From Acanthaster planci (lineage: Eukaryota), in contig NW_019091357.1 in NCBI RefSeq assembly GCF_001949145.1, positions 2,101,704-2,151,090 of the forward strand: a stretch of DNA of 49,387 bases, read 5' to 3'. Both the position numbers and the translations under genes were made by a program. Below the pieces are notes generated by a model. That model worked only from the letters and a program-made list of their open reading frames with translations, was not told the DNA's origin and searched no databases. Below are positions 44,474 to 49,387 of this stretch, one piece after another; the stretch's first letter is position 1, and each line of letters starts with the position of its first letter.

Positions 44474-47400
44474 TGGCCCGCTGACCAACGGAAGTCTTGG
44501 TGCCAGACATTCTGCCATTTCATTCTGAGAGTGGACTGATAAGGTGCCGACAGATATTCCCAGAGTTTGTCTTCTTTTCATCTTGATGAGTTTTGTGAAA
44601 AGGTTTATTACATCTGTATTTTTTATTTATATAAATAATAATTTACCGCTATTGGGTCATTAGGGAGGCATTCCCGTAAGAACGTTCACAAAATTTTTCC
44701 AACTTTATTGCCCCATAATTCAATATTCCCTAATCTGATCTGAACCAAACTTTGTATGTTTTCATTTTAGGCCCTAAACTATCATCTCTCAAAATTTGGT
44801 CAGTAAATTCGGCCTCCTTCTGGTAGTTTGAAAATAAGGAGACACTGAAATGTGTCCCTCAAAGCCAGTGTCTCCCTAATGCTGAAAAATTTACCACCAA
44901 ATGTCTCCCAAATGACATATTTGTAAATATATGTGTGTGAATAGTTACTTATATAAAAAAGTAAATTGACTGATGCGATGCCGATGTTCGCATGCCACAT
45001 TCTTCAAATTCTTCAACATTCCTATGTGGAATGATAATGTAAGCCGAGCGTTTCACCAGCTGAGTTCTGAGGTCTTGGCTCAAATGAGAAATTTTTTCCA
45101 ACCTTTTTTTTGTTGTTGTTTCAGAACAGTGCACAACCAACCAGAAACTGAAATTTGGTACACAGACGTGAAATACGAGTTTGAATGGTATACAAACATC
45201 GGGTGTTGAATTATACAAAGTTAGATGGTTGTTGTTTTTTTTTTGGGAGGGGGGATGAGCCAGATTTTCAGGCTGTTGTCAAGGCCACTGGAGGCCTACT
45301 TGAAGTCATCCAGTGGCTAGTCACAAGCATTTCAACTGTGACAAAGCTGCTCTTGTGTCGTGGCTCGCTCCCTTTTGACTTATTGACTTGTGTTGCAACT
45401 TTGGTTTTCATGATTAACCCCTTTACGGGGGATTATTTTGACCTCTGACTGCTGGGCTGTGGTATGCCCTGAGTGGAGGGCTTTGTCCAGCAGCAGGCCC
45501 CATTGAACCAGCAGCTGCATGGTGAATAGACCGTATGTGTGGTATGCACTAATCCTCACACAATGGTGCTGTAGTAGCAGTCCTCTGTAGCAGAGGGGTT
45601 AATTAACAACACTCAGGAACGCAAATCTTTCTGGAATTGAAGTTGGACACAAGACCGAGCTTTTTTATCCTTTGGTGGTTGGAAATTTGATGTTGTGCAT
45701 ACCTGTAGTCCCTGTTTAATTTTTTTTTCAGTTAGTGTCTGTCTGATTGTTAAATAAGAAAAGTGTGATCTAGGTGTTTTAGAAACAGTATTTAATCGTG
45801 TTATCAGTGTGCTACACGGGTGTCACCATATTTTTTTAGGGGGGGAGGACCTCCCAGCTGCGGATAAATCTAGCAGGAGGCACCCCCCCTTGAGATGCCA
45901 GTGATGTGTTAAATTGTAGTGTGTGATGAAATTTGTCTTCCGATTGTTCGATTCGGGTTTGACTTTTGCAGGCACTTGTTAACCGCAGCAGTGCCCAAGT
46001 TGGATCACTAGGCCGGGCTTGGTATTTTGGAAAGTCTGGTCAGATAATTTCTCTTCTCTAACTTCTCGTCACCCAAATCTGCTTCTGGGCTTGAACCCCG
46101 CAACACACCCTTATGCAGTGGAACTCGGCGGCCGTAAAGCCCCCTTGTCAGATAATGGCGATGGGACTTTACTTCTTAATCCTGCAAAATCCAGGATTGA
46201 CCTTGCAAAAAATATGTCAAAATTACGCACTAAAACACGGTGACAGTCATTTTTTGTTTCACGATGCACTGCTTGGGTTCCAAATTGCGATTTTAAATGT
46301 TTATAATTGGATGAATTCAAATTCAAGAAGCTCAACACCAAAGATTTCAGAGAGCATCAATTAAATCAAAAACGCCTCAGTGCTGATCATTCCTCTCGGG
46401 AAAAAAATCCCCCCCCCCAAAAAAAAAAAAATTATCAAAATTTTCCCAAATGCTGGGAACTCACATTTGAAACGATTATGCGGCTAATGCTGGCAATAGC
46501 CCGCGTGCCTATGCAAGTCGTGGGTTGGTGGCTTTGGTCATGTCCCACGAACAACTGTATTACCATGGTCAGAGCCTGTTAAATCAGGTGTGGCCTTGTT
46601 TGGTTACATACACGCATGTTTTTAGCCAGGACATGTAAGCACAACCTGGCTGTGTGAACAGGTACGGCTTGACTCACCGCTGGCTGACGTTCAAGCACGC
46701 TTAATCCCCATTCTGTTTTGCACGCATAGCACAAAACAAAGAGAACGTAAAGAAATTTGCAGTTCGACATATATTCCATAGACATATGGAGATTGTATAT
46801 TCAAAGAGACTAGCCTTTTCTGATACCAGTAATGAACAGTGATACAGTATGATTTCACGAATGCCAGTTCAGATATGCCGGCGTGGCATACATAGTGTGG
46901 ACCTCTACACAAAAGAAGTCCACATAATGTAGGGTGCGACGGCATAGTGTGGACTCGCACACGTCCACACAATGTTTCCCCCTTTGTGAAAAACAGTTTC
47001 AGAGGCATTTTGGGGTCAAGGTTATCCGTGGCAAAATGAAGAGGAACAGTCCAGGAAATCATCATCAAAAATCCAGCCCGCAGGAGTTATCCTAATTGGA
47101 GAAAAAGGAGCATTTTCCTCAAGTTACGTTAACCACCGGAGAGCCGAGGAATGTCCACACTTTGTATGTAAAACAGGTGTGTTTCAGCAATGTTATGCAT
47201 GGATAAAAAGTACTTAACTTTGAGATTAGAAATGAATGTGTTTACTTGCATTATTTTCCACCTCCATCTGCCATTTTCACTCATGAATTTATAGATGCTT
47301 CGATTTGATGACAGTCAAGATGACCCGGTCATTTTGATAGTGAGGATGTAAGAGGGAGCTTACTCTAAACTTGTGCAATTATGGGAATTGTGTTCCGGAC

Positions 47401-47891
47401 TAGGGCTGTGCCGAGCATGCGAATAATCAATCGATTATCAAATATTCACATATTTGAATATTTTTTCTGAATTTGAATATTTAAATGCCAAATTCATAAA
47501 AAGGATGGGGAGAATTTTCTTTTGTTTGAAATGAGAAAAGTTGCACTATGGAGGCTTGTTCCAAGCAGATTCAAATGAAAAGCAACAGAAATGTTACGAT
47601 TCAAAAAGTAAATTACTCATTAAGAAAATTTAAAATGGAACAGGAACTTTCAACAGGGCAAGAAGTATTGTTCGTCTCTTAAATTTTGCTAAATCGTGGC
47701 TGGAGATACTCCTAGATGTGGGAAGCTATTATAGTGATTATAATGTGCAATAGTGTGTGTTATTGCAACTGTTTTTGTATAGGTTTGTTCCATCAACAAT
47801 CTGCCGGTTGATATGACTGAATATTTGGATATTCAATCGAATTAAATGTCGAATATTCGAGTAGTAAATTATTCAAATTGACTCGGCCCTA
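47401..47891 (+). mobile_element. Non-autonomous hAT-like MITE, copy 2
   Basis: Termini TAGGGCTG...CGGCCCTA with a perfect 8-bp TSD TTCCGGAC (47393-47400 and 47892-47899); homologous to 705-1163. Confidence 0.88.
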
Positions 47892-49119
47892 TTCCGGACA
47901 AATGTAAATTGATATGTATATGGTTATTGGGGTGCCCTTTTAGCTAGATTTTGTGACATTTTGGGGAAAGATTTTATTGGCAGATGAAGTAAGTTTTAGT
48001 GGTGGGATAACTCCTGTGATTCCATGTTGCTCAGTTCTTCTTTCTTAGATTTCTTTGTCAACACTTTGACCGAAGGAGTTCTTTCTGAAGCTTTAATTCG
48101 CCCAGGGGAAAGCAGGGCCAATTGCTGTGAACTTTCGTTGTGTTTTGGGATTTTTTTGTTGGTTTGATGGCTGTATTTTGACCATGTAGATTGCAGTCTC
48201 GCCTTTAACGGACAGGAACTCGATCATTTTGGTCAGTGACAATATTTTTTCAGGTATTTAATGATGTTATCTGTGCCTATTCAATTCACACTTTTTTAAT
48301 CTGTTTATTGCTGGTTTGCACTTCCCTTGACTTGAAACTAGCAAAATAATAATGTGATACATACAATCGAATGCTTCCTATAGAAAGACGAATAAAATAA
48401 ATAAATTTTAATCATGATGATTGCCATGAACCTCGGATACTTCTGTACTGAACAAGAGATGTCTTACAGATCGGAGCATATTTACTCACTATCTGGAGAT
48501 GTCAGGTTTGATCCTCAGCAGTTGAAAATGGGAAAAAAATTAATAAGTGTTACATCGTTTGCAGGATGTGATAGTGTAATCCGCTCCGAGCAGAAACAAA
48601 AGAAGGCGTGTTCTGAAATGAAATTGAGAGTCGTTTGATACTCGCGCACGGCATAGGCGTGCAAGTTTTTATGTGGAGCATACCGAGTACGCGCAATTTT
48701 AGTGTAGCATGTGTGGTCTTTGCATGCACGCCAGACGCGTGCTAGAACCCTGTTGGCAAACTTAGTCGTATCTGTCTTTCTTTCACCGGTGAGGGCGCAC
48801 TTCAGCTCAGGGCAGATAGGTCAGTTGTGTATAGGACTCTTCTCTTAATGACCCTGGTACATGCAGCCCCAAGCTTGAACAACTTTTTCTCGAGACTTTG
48901 CTGCACTGGACAGCAAAGTCTCTCTTTTTCCCCCAGTTTTTATAAGTTTGGAGCACATGGCATGGAAAGTTACAAGTGCTCCAGTTCGTCTCATAAGAAT
49001 CCGAATTTCATAGTGAGAGGCTCAAATTGAATGGATTTTTAAAAAAAGAAGTTTTCAAGTATTGTCTTTAAATATGAGAGGTATCTATGAGTGTTGGGCA
49101 CATGACATACCTTTATTCA

Positions 49120-49365
49120 GAGAATCAGGTGGGTTAGGGAACTGAGTTTTCCAGGATTCAAATCCCAACAAGTTTTTGAGATTCATCTTTTCAAATCTGT
49201 ATGATAAGTATATGGTCCAAGTGTGCGCTAGGAAGGAAAGTGAGGGGTCAAGTGGTTAGAATTCTCAACTTGGAACTAGAAATTCCGACTCCAAATCCCA
49301 GGTTATTTTTTTGATTTTTTTTTTGTCCTATTTGTTCGAATCTGTAAGATAAGTATATGGTCCGA
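49120..49365 (+). repeat. Tandem repeat with about 145-bp period and degenerate tRNA-like heads
   Basis: AATCTGTA(T/A)GATAAGTATATGGTCC occurs at about 49194 and 49339. Each unit is preceded by decayed A/B-box-like sequence (GGTCAAGTGGTTAGA; GGATTCAAATCCC / CTCCAAATCCC) and a T-rich tract. Confidence 0.5.
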
Positions 49366-49387
49366 GCACATAAAGGTAAGAAATTTG

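Overview
Intron-rich animal genomic DNA (about 40% GC by eye; marine invertebrate, plausibly a sea star or other echinoderm, which is inference) with a 527-nt N gap at 19463-19989. The ORF track is mostly exon fragments and noise, so genes were rebuilt by splicing by hand. Three conserved genes are clear: a SMAP1/2-type ArfGAP (minus, 8 exons, 3' end probably outside the window, one U12-type intron), RTF2 (minus, 7 exons, 336 aa, with a 10-11-aa tandem repeat in its tail) and GALE (plus, 8 coding exons, 351 aa). Between RTF2 and GALE lies the most interesting element: four co-oriented, highly diverged small single-pass membrane genes (A-D). All have phase-1 coding introns, a TM helix with adjacent cysteines and cytoplasmic PPxY motifs. 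A, B and D add a signal-peptide exon and a short, Cys-free, Arg-rich ectodomain exon, while C appears to have lost the signal peptide. They look like an unnamed tandem family of NEDD4/WW-domain adaptors. Non-coding DNA holds a hAT MITE pair with 8-bp TSDs, piggyBac-like and AcademH-like miniature elements, a MITE with CTCF-like TIRs, a LINE 3' fragment, tRNA-derived repeats, a degenerate hammerhead-like motif and a palindrome shared by the RTF2 and GALE first introns.
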